Below, piece after piece: positions 10,980 through 25,149 of a stretch of DNA of 64,000 nucleotides (positions are counted from its first letter, which is position 1; the number at the start of each line of letters is the position of its first letter). The notes beneath the pieces are model-generated. The model saw only the letters and a list, made by a program, of their open reading frames with translations. It did not search any database and had not been told where the DNA came from. A program made the translations under genes and the position numbers. The DNA is taken from contig NC_088791.1 of assembly GCF_011386835.1 (NCBI RefSeq), positions 88,660,001 to 88,724,000 on the forward strand. Direction: 5' to 3'. The stretch is from Chrysemys picta bellii. Taxonomy: Eukaryota.

Positions 10980-13204
10980 GCAATTTTTTTCTCAGTTTAG
11001 AATTCCTGAAATAGCTTTTGTTCTGATCCTAGTGTGCATATATTTCAATAGGCTTTTACTGTATTGTTACCCCTTTTGAACTAAGTAGTTAGCCAAATTT
11101 GGGGTATGGTGGGTTGTTCCAGTTGTGAGGAGAGATTGATGATATAGCCATTTTCTTTGATGCAATCTTCTTTATTTACAAAATTATACATAAAGTCCTG
11201 TTTCCCCAATCACAGGAGGAAATCAAATCGCAAGAGAGAGTTTGCTGACTTTTCCAAACCTGACTTTTCAGCCAGCACTCTGCTTAAACAGCTTTCTCTC
11301 TTAGCTTTGTCTCAGGGCTACATTACCAACATTTCTGTCTAACAGCAACACTAACTGCCTTTCTGCCTGCTTCTGACTCTGTGTCCTGAATGCATCTCAC
11401 TCCTCCTCTCCCCCCAAACACACATACACAGTTATCCAAACAATGCTCAGCTAAAGTCCTCCTCATCATGATTAAAAATCCTGGGTGGACTGGGTGATTG
11501 GGTGGTGGTGGTGAGCTGCTTAACTATCTCTCACCACTATCTTAAAAGAAGGGTGGTAACTCACATCCATAACAAGGTTAAACCCAACCTACAACAACTC
11601 ATCCCTCCTAAGCTTTGTCCATCCTCCCAAAGAGGCTGAAAATGAAGATACAACAACGAATCCCAACCAGAAAAAAATGAAATAGTCCAACAAATTATAT
11701 TAATTATCTACTATGAACTATTTAGAGTGTCAGGGTGTTTTCACAAAAACAAAAAGGAGTGCAGTGGCACCTTAAAGACTAACAGACAAAGACTTCACAG
11801 AACTAAGCCAAATTAATTTTCTCACCCATATCTTTTTGGATTTTCCCCCCCTTTCAATCAATGTAAAGAGGCCTTTTTTCAATGAGCCCCTGAGGAACCC
11901 CTATTGTTTCTGTGGAATTTGCTGAGTGATATATACTGTGCTCATTTTGTTCTAATTGGGAATTCATTTATGTTACAGTATTATCACATAACAAGTGAAG
12001 AGACATAATTTTGAGTCTATGACATTATACAGTACAATAAAACAAATAAATTGAAATAAATAAAGTTCATTCTCTATTGTTGCCCAATTAGACTGTATAC
12101 ATAAAGACAATATGTATATGTTTTACAAGCCAAAGCTAGTTTGCTCCTATATTGACCTATGAATCAAACTTTTTGTTGCTCTTCTGTGATCAGAAATTTA
12201 AAGAAAATATTTTCATTTATTTTTGAGATTAAGTTAAAGTTGAAAGTATTAATCTTCTATAAAATGTTATAAAATATTTAAGAATATATTTTCTTCATCA
12301 GTTTTATTGTCTATGGCCTTAATATTTTAAACAGCCTTGTAGTCCCTAGTAGTAAGCAACTATGATCATGTATTAATCATAAGAAAATTAAGAAACTTTT
12401 TAGTTGTTAAAAGGTTAGTGAACATGAGAATACTTTATGGGAAAGATGACATTTTTTCTACTAAAGAATATGTTGACCAAATGTCTTGATAACCTTGCAC
12501 AAAGTATGAAAAATGAACATTCTTATGGCACCAAATTAAATTCTGTTTTGGAATAGACAGAAAAAAATAGTCTCACTAGTTCTATTCCTGATCTGAAAGT
12601 GATTCCTTCTCCTTTGGCCTTGAATTAAAAACTCCCTTCTCTTATTTCAGTTTCCCCTCTGTTAAGTGGGACAGTCCTGTTTGTCTACTGATCTCACAGC
12701 CATTTTGCCAAAATGAATTAGTAAAAGTTTGCAACCGTCTAAAAAGTACTGTATATGTGTGAAATGTTGTTAATATGGTTATGCACTATCATACTTCTGT
12801 GCATTATATGAATCTAAGGTGACCCACCTAATATGTACCTAACAGTGAAATATTATCTCTGTCCAGCAGACCTATGAACAGATGTTTAGATTGAAAGTTT
12901 CTGTGTTGAGCCAGGGAACGACTTGTGAATAATGGTCTAAATTTCATTGTTGCCAATACCAAGGGATTACAAAATACACACTCCTGTTTCACTTGGTAAG
13001 TGTGCAGTCAAGAGCTAACTCTGGAACTATCCTTTTGATTATTGTTATTATTATTATTAATTCTAGTAACGTGAGTCTTGAGCCAGCATGCAGAGACTTC
13101 CTTTTTCACTCCTCCACTCATCTCCCCCCAGCACCTCCCCCAGCACTGACACTCACCATTTCTTCAAAGCACCTAGCACGTTCTCTGGGTCTGCCTCCTG
13201 TGAA

Positions 13205-13340
13205 ATCAAAAACTTGTTTATCCAGGCATCTGAAGAAGTGGGGTTTTTTCCCCAGGAAAGCTTATGCCCAAATAAATCTGTTAGTCCTTAAGGTGCCACC
13301 AGACTTCTTGTTTTTGTGGATACAGACTAACACAGGTACC
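13205..13340 (+). mobile_element. Penelope-like terminal (pLTR) fragment
   Basis: Reverse complement of the PLE terminus at 45092-46400. An oppositely oriented piece lies at ~13466-13520. Confidence 0.8.
13225..13268 (+). ncRNA. Minimal type I hammerhead ribozyme motif (degenerate)
   Basis: GGCAU-CUGAAGA-A-GUGGGG/U6/CCCCAG-GAAA-GCUU-AUGCC. Stem I has 5 bp, stem III is palindromic, and G10.1:C11.1 is mismatched. Confidence 0.65.
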
Positions 13341-14329
13341 CCTCTGATACTTTGTCCCTGATAGAAAATGATAATATTCTGAATGATGGTAGAAATAATG
13401 GTGTCCTGTAGTCTTGTCAATAAGTATCATAGACACTCAACCTTTACTACCGTAACATTGTTTCAGGTTTCAGAGTAGCAGCCATGTTAGTCTGTATCCG
13501 CAAAAAGAACAGGAGTTGTTTCAGCTTATCAATTAAAAAAACAAAACAAACAAAAAAATCTGGGGCACAGCTGGGAACCACTGAAAGACTTGCCAGAAAG
13601 AGACAGGAGTGGAGGAGCTTCACAGCTACCCTGAGTAATGGGTACCAAGTAACATCTCTCTCGCGTCTCCTGCTTTATGGGGAGGGATGTTCACGCCTGA
13701 GAAACAAATTTGTGGTTTCCCGAGAGATCGCGTTTGCAGCGATTCACAGCCATGCTGACAATGTCACAAATAAACAACCAAAGCAGAAACGGCAATCAGA
13801 GTGAAATGAAGGAAAGAAGAGCACAGCCCCGCGCCCCGCTACCTCTACCGCCCGTGGCCTCTTTGCCGCATTGTCTGGCTCGCAGAGTAGCTCCCCCCTC
13901 CCTCCCCGACTCAAGCTGTGGAAAATGGCGGTGAACGGTAGAGACGGGCCAAGGAGAGAAGGGATGTGTCAGGAAATCTGATTGGTCATATTTTGCCGCA
14001 GCCCCCAAATCCTTGAAACCCAGAGAGGAGCATTTTTCAACCCAAAACAGCCGCAGACGCGCGGCCCTCGCTCGGCAGACGCACCAGAAGGGCACCGAGA
14101 CGAGCCGCATCGGAGTTTGAAAGCGGCTGTTGTTTTAAGCAAGGGACACGGGGGACTCCACTAGAATTCCCGGAGGTAGCGCTTGATACTGAGTCTCCGC
14201 ATCCTAACTGTGTGCGCGGCAGCGTCATAGGAAGCCGGGGGGAGGCTCCGTATTTATTTGACTAGAAAGCCTTGGGGAGTGTAACTCTTGCAGGGACAGA
14301 CACCGGCGGCCGGGGCTGGGGGAGGGGTG

Positions 14330-14400
14330 GGAGAGGCGGGCTAAGAGCCCACCCTTTTTCTTTTCAGTTCTCAATCAGGTCGCCACGCAGACAATATACC
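14330..14400 (+). promoter_or_regulatory. H4 proximal promoter (GC box, site II-like element, TATA-like)
   Basis: GAGGCGGG, CAGTTCTCAATCAGGTCGCC (similar to human H4 site II CGGTTTTCAATCTGGTCCG) and AATATA. Confidence 0.7.
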
Positions 14401-14443
14401 GAGACTTCATGCTTCGTCTTGGGAGTTGGTCGGTTGCGTGTGA

Positions 14444-14767
<324 letters not shown>

Positions 14768-14799
14768 ACGGGTCACTAAAGTCAGCAGGATAACACAAA

Positions 14800-14840
14800 G
14801 GCTCTTTTAAGAGCCACCCACACTTTCACAATAAGAGTTG
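14800..14840 (+). terminator. Histone stem-loop + HDE
   Basis: GGCTCTTTTAAGAGCC-ACCCA followed by AATAAGAGTTG. Confidence 0.95.
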
Positions 14841-15255
14841 TGATTCTTGTGTTCTCATGCTGTGATGTGAAAACTTAGCATAGAAAACGATTGAATTTAC
14901 ACATTTACACTAAATATGTTTAGATGTAAGGAACAATTAGCGCTTTGGTTAAAGTAGCATATGTGTTTTTCAGCCGTAAAATGGGTGGTGGCTTCCTTGA
15001 ATGAGAGTATTTGTTAGAGGAAAAAAATAAACGATAGAACTTTTACTGAAAACGAGTGGCTGCCTTTCGGTTGTAGATATTAATTTTTGCATTAAGAGCA
15101 TTTACTTGGAGCTAGTATACCTGATGACAGCTTCTGTGCCTCCAGATACAGCGTCTTTGTCCATTTCCCCTGGCGATGCGTCTCCGGCAATGTACTCAGA
15201 AATGTCATTTACAAAAGAGTTCATGATTCACATGGCCTTGGAAAAGATACCCGTG

Positions 15256-15385
15256 TCATAGAATCATAGAATATCAGGGTTAGAAGGGACCTCAGGAGGT
15301 CATCTAGCCCAACCCCTGCCCAAAACAGGACCTAATCCCCAACTAAATCATCCCCGTCAGGGCTTTAAAAACCTCTTAAGGAAAG
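15256..15385 (-). mobile_element. CR1 3' end fragment in the H4 spacer
   Basis: CATAGAATCATAGAAT octamer tail followed by GAAGGGACCTCAGGAGGTCATCTAG. Confidence 0.85.
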
Positions 15386-15918
15386 AGTGTCAGGGTGAAC
15401 TTGGTTCAGCACTTTGTAAACATAGATTGAATAACTTTCCTTCTTGGTCTTCATACGTTTTTTTGTCACTAAATCTATCACTATTAGAAGCTCAAATTAA
15501 ATTAAATCAAATTTAATTTCTTAGAAAATTATTTGTATCCGTAACCAAAAGCTCTTTTCAGACCTACTTTGCTTTTCATAAGAGTTGTATGTACTTTTCA
15601 ATTGATTTTTTAAAAACAAATTGCAAAAAAGTAACAAAATGTAGCGGGTTATTGGGCTTAAAAACCCAAATTTCGCTAATATTGTCCTTTGCAATCTGTT
15701 ACATATTGACAGCAATTTATAAGATTTTTTAAAAAATATTTGAACGTACAAGCATTTTTACACTGGATATTTTAAATTCCTAGTTTATCTGTACTGTAGA
15801 GATCTTCGCATTTAAAACAGGAATAGTAGGTATAAGAGCCTTAAAACATAAAAAAAAAAGAAAACCTTAAGGTCACAAGTTAATTTTAAGAGATGTCTCC
15901 TACATTATGAAAATAATT

Positions 15919-15959
15919 CAACTCTCATTGTGAAAGTGTGGGTGGCTCTTAAAAGAGCC
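15919..15959 (-). terminator. Histone stem-loop + HDE
   Basis: Reverse strand GGCTCTTTTAAGAGCC-ACCCA and AATGAGAGTTG. Confidence 0.95.
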
Positions 15960-15991
15960 TTTGTGTTATCCTGCTGACTTTAGTGACCCGT

Positions 15992-16315
<324 letters not shown>

Positions 16316-18159
16316 TCACACGCAACCGACCAACTCCCAAGACGAAGCATGAAGTCTCGGTATATTGTCTGCGTGGCGACCTGATTGAGAACTGAAAAGA
16401 AAAAGGGTGGGCTCTTAGCCCGCCTCTCCCACCCCTCCCCCAGCCCCGGCCGCCGGTGTCTGTCCCTGCAAGAGTTACACTCCCCAAGGCTTTCTAGTCA
16501 AATAAATACGGAGCCTCCCCCCGGCTTCCTATGACGCTGCCGCGCACACAGTTAGGATGCGGAGACTCAGTATCAAGCGCTACCTCCGGGAATTCTAGTG
16601 GAGTCCCCCGTGTCCCTTGCTTAAAACAACAGCCGCTTTCAAACTCCGATGCGGCTCGTCTCGGTGCCCTTCGGGTGCGTCTGCCGAGCGAGGGCCGCGC
16701 GTCTGCGGCTGTTTTGGGTTGAAAATGCTCCTCTCTGGGTTTCAAGGATTTGGGGGCTGCGGCAAAATCTGACCAATCAGGTTTCCTGACACATCCCTTC
16801 TCTCCTTGGCCCGTCTCTACCGTTCACCGCCATTTTCCACAGCTTGAGTCGTGGGGGGGGGGGGGGGGCTACTCTGCGAGCCAGACAATGCGGCAAAGAG
16901 GCCACGGGCGGTAGAGGTAGCGGGGCACGGGGCTGTGCTCTTCTTTCCTTCATTTCACTCTGATTGCCGTTTCTGCTTTGGTTGTTTATTTGTAAATAAA
17001 TACAGATTTTTGCATAATTATGAGATGATGAGCGTTGCTATGATTGATCACTCGGAAATGCGATTATTCGGAGACCTAAACTCCATCTCCATAGCAGCGA
17101 GGATGAGAAACCGAAGCTGTAAATTGAAATGGAAACAATTTTCCTCCTCCTGGTTGGAAGGGGCAATCAGTCCAGGTTCTGATATGATATGAAAATTATG
17201 TATATAGTCATCTTCATGGTTACAGTATAAGAATTATTTACAAACCTTTAGACTATTGAGAAACTTGGGTAAAAAATAATTGAATTGTGAAATAAAGAGC
17301 TAAGGAATATATCAGGCATTTCCAGTTTGGCCTCTGCTGCCATCTACTGGCTGTTTCAATTAATTAGTTTAAATCTTGGAGATTTTTAAAGAGTCATCTT
17401 TCTGTTCTGATATTTTATCGTTGTCAATAGTAGGATTACCTATGTGTTGTATACTGGATTGTTTTTCCCATCGAGAAAAAGAGAAAAGAAGGGTATAGAA
17501 ACTCAATGTATGATTTGTTTGAAATATATTAAATATAAAAATATGGCTATACACATTATTCCCTTATTTGAAATGTGTATACATTTTGATATATGTTCAA
17601 CATACTCACCAATTTACTGCAACAAAACAGTGTCAATATATTTTGTGCTAGACCTTATTTGTTAAAGGAATAAAGGTTGTGTGGAAGAGGTGGGGGAAAA
17701 AGATTTAAAATGCTAGTTTCCCTTAATTTCTCAAATAAAAAAAATATAGATGTGGCACATGACATGAAATTTCATAGTATTAGCATGTCATGTACTTGAA
17801 ATGCACCCATCAAAAATGTTCATCTCTTAGTTTGCATCCACATTTTCCGTTTCTCATTTAATTACACTATTTTTGGTATTCCTATTTCTGATAAATCTCT
17901 CAAAAAACATTCTCGCCCTCCAGTGTGATTTTCATACAAATTTCCAGTGAGATGATTTACCACTTAAATTTTAATGCAAGGCTTTATATTGCTTAATTTT
18001 AAATGAATGGTATGCCTTCCATTTACTTAAATGGATGAAGAATTAGGATCTCTGAATATTGTTCTCCTTTCTTAACTTTTTCTATTATGTTAATTTTCAT
18101 CTAGGAAACGTATTCATCTCCGATATACCAAAATAAGGAAATATATAACAGCTTTCAGT

Positions 18160-18560
18160 ATAAGGTGGGTACACAACTGGATGCAAGTTACCAATAGTTC
18201 TCCATCAACTTGGGATGATGCACTAGAGAGTTCCCACATGGGTCAGTCCTGCATCTGTTCCTATTCAATATTTTCATTAATGACTTGAATAATGGAGTGG
18301 AGAGTGTGCTAATAAAATGTGCAAATGACACCAAGCTGGGAGGGGTTGCAAGCACTTTAGAAGAGAGGATTAGACTTCAAAATGATCTTGACAAACTAAA
18401 GAATTGGTCTGAGATTAAATCCAATAAAAAGAAGTGCAAAGCACTTCACTTTCAAAGGTAAAATCTAATTCAGAGCTACAAATTGGGGAAAACTGGCTAG
18501 GTGGTGGTACTGCTAAAAATGATCTGAGTGTTATAGTAGATCACAAATAGAATGTAAGTC
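18160..18560 (+). mobile_element. CR1 RT fragment
   Basis: GGTCAGTCCTGCATCTGTTCCTATTCAATATTTTCATTAATGAC and GCAAATGACACCAAGCTG (FADD-like region). Confidence 0.85.
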
Positions 18561-19265
18561 AATGGTGGCTGGTGAGATGAAGGCAGCTGGGAGATGAAGG
18601 GAGTTAGCCAGTTGAATTTGCCTGCAGAGGGAGGTAGGGTTGTGGTTTTTGTTTTTGTTTTTTGTTTCCTTAAATTGCAGGTACTCTCCAAAGAAGAACC
18701 CGCCATGGGAGGAAAACTGTGTCACCAACACCATTTCTAGCTCTTCCCCTGCCTCCACTTGTGTGGGGGGGGGGGGAGCTCTGCCAGATAGGCATCCTGA
18801 TCTTCAAGGCTTCCACCCAGGCCCTGGTGTGTACTTATTGGGAATGCATCCTGTGTTGCCATGGCAATGAAAGCCAGGCAGGGGGGAACCAACAGGTGTA
18901 AGAGGTGTCTGTTAGTGGAGTCCCTCAGGAATCAGAAAAGAAAGCTGCAGGAGTAGATGGCTCATTTACATGTCATCCAGGAGCATGAGGACTTCTTTGT
19001 CAGGATGCACATGGGGACACCTGGGATGGTGGATGCTAGCTGACTACAGCTAACTGCAGCAGCACGAGAGGAGGAAGGAGAACTGGCTGTTCTGTGAGGA
19101 GGAGACAGGTTGCTGAACACCTTGAGTAGTAGACAGTTCTCCACCCACCACTCCCGTCCCCCATCCATTGAGCTAAAGAATCAGTCTGCTGTACTGGCAA
19201 CAGGAGCAGACCTCGATGACTGAGGAGGAGGAGCAATTTGTCCCCAATCCTGGGAGGCTCATGGC

Positions 19266-19749
19266 TAAGGCTACGATTTAGTCATGGGTGTTTTTAGTAA
19301 AAGTCATGGACACGTCATGGGCAATAAACAAATATTCATGCCCGTGATCTGTCCATGACTTGTACTATAAATACCCCTGACTAAATCTTAAGTGATCTGG
19401 GGGGCTCCAGGATGCTGCAGGTACTCGGGGGTGGGGGCTTCCAGCATGCTACCACTGCTGCTCCAGGGGGGCGGGGAGAGAGAGGCCCAGGGCCCTGACG
19501 CTGCTGCTCTGGGGAAGGGGGGTGGCCAGGGGCGCTGCTGTTGCTCCCAGACTGCTGCTCCCTGGCAGTGCCCAGGACCAGATGCTGGGGGCCACCTGAG
19601 CAGTGGCTGGTGCAACTGTCCCCGGGGCCACCCCAGCTGCTCGGGCAGCCCTGGGGTCAGCTTTGCCAGCTGCTGCAGAAGTCATGGAAGTCCCGGGAAG
19701 TCAAAGAATTGGTGACTTCCATGAACTCCATGAAAGACTCGTAGCCTTA
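19266..19749. mobile_element. hAT MITE inside CR1 ORF1
   Basis: TIRs TAAGGCTACGA / TCGTAGCCTTA. Degenerate 8-bp TSD CTCATGGC / CTCATAGT. Confidence 0.75.
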
Positions 19750-22012
19750 CTCATAGTCACTACACCCAAGAGGAGGAGTCAGAGTTCTGGTGGCTGGGGA
19801 ATCCCTTCTGAGGGGAATGGAGGCATCTATCTGCTGACCTGACATGATGTCCCAGGAAATGTGCTGCCTGCCTGGAGCTGGCATCCAAGACATCATGGAA
19901 AGGTTGCTGAGGCTCATCTATCCCTCTGATCACTACCCCATGCTGTTCATCAACATGGGCACTAATGATTACTTCCTGGTGTGATCCTGAGCAGATCAGC
20001 AGTGACTATAGGGCTCTGGGAGCTAAGGTGAAGGAGTCAGGGGTGCAGATGGTGTTCTCATTTATCCTCTCAGTTGTGGATAAGGCCCATAAATCTGGAG
20101 ATGAATACATGGCTGCACAGATGGTGTCAACAAGAGGGCTTTAGCTTCCTTGACCATGTGGTGTGGTTCCAGGCAGAAGGTTGGCTGGAAGAGATGGGGT
20201 CCACCTGACCAAGAAGGAGAAGAGCATCTTCACACACTGATTTGCCAATTTAGTAAGAAGAGCTAAAAACTAGGTTCAAAGGGTGCAGGTGACAAAAGCC
20301 CACAGGTAGGCATAAAGAAAAGTTAATATAGCAGAGGGTTAGATGTTGGTGGGAATATGGAAAATTACAATAGGGTCTAAAAGCAACAAGAGGGAAACCA
20401 GTGGGGGAATCTGCTCAACATCTTACATGTCTATACACAAATGCAAGGACTATGGGGGATAAACAGGAAGAACTGGAAGTGTTAGTATATGAAGTAAATT
20501 ATGACATTATTGACATCACAGAGACTTGGTGGGATAAGTTAAGATTTGATATTGGTAAAGAAGGGTATAGTTTGTTCAAGAAGGAAAGGCAGGGTAAAAG
20601 GGAGGAGATGTTGCATTATACATCAAAAATATATACACTTGTTCTGAAGCACAGAAGGAAGTGGGAGGCAGACCAGCTGAAAGTCTCTCTGTAAATATAA
20701 AAGGGGTAAAAAAGGAGTGACATCATAGTAGGGATCTACTATAGACCACCAAATCAGGAAAAGGAGATGGATGAGGCATTTCTAGAACAAATAATAGAAA
20801 TATCCAAAACACAAGACCTGGGGAATTTAACTACCCAGACATTTGCTGGGAAAGTAATATGACAAAACAGAAAATGTCCAACAAGTTCTTGGAAGTATTG
20901 GGGTCAACCTTTTCTTTCAGAAAGTGGAGGAAGTAACCAGGGGGACTGCCATTTTAGACTTGATTCTGACAAACAGGAAATAATTGGTAGCAAATCTGAA
21001 GGTGGAAGGCAGTTTGATAGATTTAATGATTCTAAGGAAAGGAAGGAGTGAGAGCAGCAGAATAAGGCCAATACAATTAAAAAAAGTAGACTTTAACAAA
21101 CAGAGAGAACTGGTAGGCAAGCTACCATAGAAAGCAAATCCTAGGGGAAAAGGGAGTTCAGGAGAGCTGGCAGTTTCTCAAGGCGACAATATAAAAAAAG
21201 GTACAACTGTAAACTATTTCAATGTGAAGTAAAAATGGACAAAATAGTAAGGTGCCAATATGTCTCCATCGGGAGCACTTTAATAACCTGAAAATCAAAA
21301 AGGAATCCTAGCAAAAGTGGACACATGGACAAATTACTCAGGAGGAATACAAAAGAATAACACAAGCAAGTAGGAGAAAAATCAAAACAGCTAAGGCACA
21401 AATTGAATTAGACCTAGCCAGGGCGATAAAAGGCAACAAGAAGAGGTTATTTAAATACACCAGCAGCAAGAGAAAGATGCAGGACAGTGTAGTCTTTTAC
21501 TCAGCAGGTCAGGAGAGCTAATAAGTGGTTACATCAAGAAAGCTGAGATGTTTAATGTCCATTTTCCTTCAGTCTTCACTAAAAAAATTAATGCTGACCA
21601 TATATTCAACACAATTAATATTCACAACAGGGGGGAAGTGATGCAAGACAAAATAGGGAAAGAACAGATTAAAGAATATTTAGATAAATCAGATGTATTC
21701 AAGTCATCAGGGCCACATGAAATTCATCCTAGGGTACTGCACCAACTAACTGAAGCAATTTCAGAACGATTAGCAATTATATTCAAAAGTTCATGAAGGA
21801 TGGGTTCGGTTTCAGAAAACCATAGAAGGGCAAACATAGTACCTGTCTTTAAAAAGGGGAACAGAGTACCCAGGTAATTATAGATGAGTCAGCCTATCTT
21901 TGATACCTGGAAAGATAGTGGAACAAATTATTAAACGATCAATTTATAAGCACCTGGAGGAGAATAGTCTTATAAGGAACAGCCAGCATGTATTTGTCCA
22001 GAATACATTTCA

Positions 22013-22263
22013 CTATAACAGGGATAAAAAAAGAACAAGATAAATTCATGGAGGATAGGTCCATCAATGGCTATTTGTCAGGATGGACAGGGGTGGCGTC
22101 CCTACCCTCTGTTTGTGGGAATGGGTGACTGGGGATGGATCACTTGATGATTACCTGTTCTGTTCATTACCTCTGGGGCACCTGGCATTGGCCACTGTCA
22201 GAACACAGGATGCTGGGCTAGATGGACCTTTGGTCTGATCCAGTATGGCCCTTCTTATGTTCT
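22013..22263 (+). mobile_element. 3' end of a different CR1 family nested in the CR1 RT
   Basis: Ends GGACCTTTGGTCTGATCCAGTATGGCCCTTCTTATGTTCT. Host CR1 resumes at AACAAATTATGCCAAACC. Confidence 0.75.
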
Positions 22264-23715
22264 AACAAATTATGCCAAACCAACCTAATTTCATTCTTTG
22301 ACAGGAATGCCATCCTAATGGATAGAGGGCAAGTGGTAGATGTGATCTAACTTGATTTTAATAAGGCTTTTGACACAGTTCCACATGACATTCTCATAAG
22401 CAAATTAGGGAAATGCGGGCTGGATGAACTTACTATAAGGTGGGTTTACAACTGGTTGAATGAACATACTCAAAGAGTAGATATCAATGATTCACTTTTA
22501 AACTGTGAGAGTGTATCTAGTGGGGTCCCACAGGGGTTAATACTGGGTCTGGTACTGTTCAGTGTTTTCATGAATGACTTGGATAATAGAGTGGAGAATA
22601 TGTTTATGCAATTTGCAGATGACACTAAGCTTGAAAGGGTTGCAAGCACTTTGGAGGGCAGGATTAGAAAGAATTCAACATGACATTGACAAATTGGAGA
22701 ATTGGTCTGAAGTCAACAACATGAAATTCAATAAAGATAATTGCAAATACTATACTCAGGAATGAAAAATCAAACACACAACTATAAATTAGGGAATAAT
22801 TGACTGTATGGCAGTACTTCTGAAAAGAATTTGGGAGTTATGGTGGATCACAAATTGAATTTGAGTCAACAATGCAATGTAGTTTGTACAAAGGTTAATA
22901 TCCTTATAGGTTGCATTAAGAGGAGTGTTTTATGGCAAAATAATAAAGTACTTCTTGTCACATCTAATATTTTATATGTCCAAAATCTGAGGAAAAATGT
23001 ATTTATACTTGTCTTAATATATTGTGTACAACAGATTTTCTAAATAAATAAATGAAATTTGTGCTATGTTTTGCATCTGGTTCATAGTTCTGTCTAGTAC
23101 CCCTCCCCCCTCCCTTTTTCCCCCTTCTAAATCTAGATTGTTATTCAAATAAATTAAAATGAAGCAAAAAGTAACTGCCGCTGACAATTTACAAATGCAT
23201 ACATCTTGGGCATTTCAAAATGGTCTGTGTCTTCATTAGAGAATTGAACTATTGGTAATTGGATACATTGGACTACACTAGTTTAAGTACCAATAGTGCA
23301 GTTTGTCCACAATAGACATGCTGTTTTGGGAGCAGTTTGCCACCATTAATACTACTACTGTACTGTAATAGATGCCCTCTACTCTTGGTACCTCTCTGTC
23401 CCACAATTCCTGGAACAGTTTACCGAAGCAGTTGGTTGTTGGAGATTTCAAAAAGCCTTCTGGGAATCTGAGGCCTACCTGGAGGAGATAACATCATATG
23501 CCTGAAATCCTTGGGAACCAATGCTATTTCCAGATCACTTTCCCTAAAGATAAGACAGGGTGAATATTTATGCAGTTTTCTCAGTGAGCAAAATTTCTGC
23601 TGGAGATTTTGTAAAGCAATTGAGAGGCATCTTCAGACCTCAGGGAGGGTATTCCAGTGGTAATTGTGGTGCGCTAGATATTGAGACTAGCAGTTCACTG
23701 ATTTATTGTTTCAAA

Positions 23716-23947
23716 CAGGGTCGGCTACAGTGTTTTGGCCACCCCAAGCAGCCAACCCCCCCCCCCCCCCCCCCAAAAAAAGCCGCGATCGCGATCTGCG
23801 GCTGCAATTCAGCGGGAGGTCCTTCGCTCCGAGCAGGAGTGAGGGACCGTCCGCCGAATTGCCGCCGAACAGCTGGACGTGCCGCCCCTCTCCGAAGTGG
23901 CCGCCCCAAGCACCTGCTTGCTAAGCTTGTCCCTGGAGCCGGCCCTG
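23716..23947. mobile_element. hAT MITE
   Basis: TIRs CAGGGTCGGCTACAG / CTGGAGCCGGCCCTG. TSD GTTTCAAA / GTTGCAAA. Confidence 0.85.
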
Positions 23948-24377
23948 GTTGCAAACTCCTTACTCCTACTTCTGAAGCAACTGGCTCTGTGCAGTACTTG
24001 ACCAGTATGTTCACTAGAGGGACACCTGTCTTGTGTCCTGACCACTACTATAGGCTGGTGACACTGAGTTTTTCTCAAAACCTGGGACAAGTAGCTGTGA
24101 ATGAATAATGTCAGAATGACACATTAAACATTTGTATACCCCTGTGCTGAGCTACCCTTATATTTTATAGCCTATGTTGATGAGGGCACTGTTCACTCAT
24201 CCAACTTTCACTCTAATGCAAAACTTTGACAGTGACCTCATATGCTATTGTATCAATTATATCAACACATCTGATTGCCACACAGTGAAAGCATTTTGGA
24301 AGTTATTCTGCCTTAACACTGCTGATGTCACTGTTAATATTTTTGTGATAAAGTGGGAATTTTCTGTAGTATTTATA

Positions 24378-25149
24378 TGATGTGTATATATGCCTCAGTT
24401 TATCCTATATGCTGCATTGTTACCTAGTGGGTGGAAAAGGTCTGTTTGCTCTTGGGGCAGACTAAGACACAGGTGTGAATGGCACCTAGCTGTCTGGGTC
24501 AAGTGGGCTTCAATCCCCACATCAGTGGAACAGCTGAGAAGACAATGGCAAATCCAGTCACCAGGACATTGATACCTAGAAATCAATGACCCAGAGGGAT
24601 ATGGACTTCCTCACCTCTCCTTAGGGAATATGAACAACAATGCCCTCCCAGCTTGAGATCTAAGGACAGGAGAGGTGTGAAACAGGTAAGGGTGGACTGC
24701 AGGAAGCAGTCAGGACACACACCTGGGAGTCTGATGTAGGAGGCCAGATGGACAAAAAGACAGAGCTTGAACAAAAGGGTTCACTACAGCGTGGTTGGGC
24801 TCCAGCTACCTAGAAAAAAATATGTTTTAACCTTCATTTTTCTATGCTAACCTAAGGACTTCCTATGCTGTGTTCCAGATGGCTAATTAACCCTTCTGTT
24901 TTGACAACATTGCATGAATGTCACTGCAAATGCTTGCTGAGGTGTATTGATCCCTGGAGAATGTACAAGTTTCATGTCTGAGTGGGACTAGCTGAACAGA
25001 GCTCACCATGTGAAGCAGGAGTACTGAAGGTCCAGAGGTCCAGTCTAAGGAGGCAGTGAAGCCACAGGGGGTCTGCCCAATGGAAGAGGTTCATCCTAGA
25101 GAATGTTCCAAAGCAGGGGCCATAGTCCCTATCCTGTGGATCCATGACA
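24378..25149. mobile_element. Probable solo LTR
   Basis: TG...CATGACA ends and LTR-like content. TSD not resolved. Confidence 0.45.

Larger units (their letters stand above)
18900..22950 (+). mobile_element. Near full-length degenerate CR1 (ORF1 esterase, APE endonuclease, RT)
   Basis: INMGTND esterase-like motif ~19960. CLYTNARTMGDKQEELE..ITETWWD at 20401. SGVPQG..FADDTKL at 22456-22683. Confidence 0.9.
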
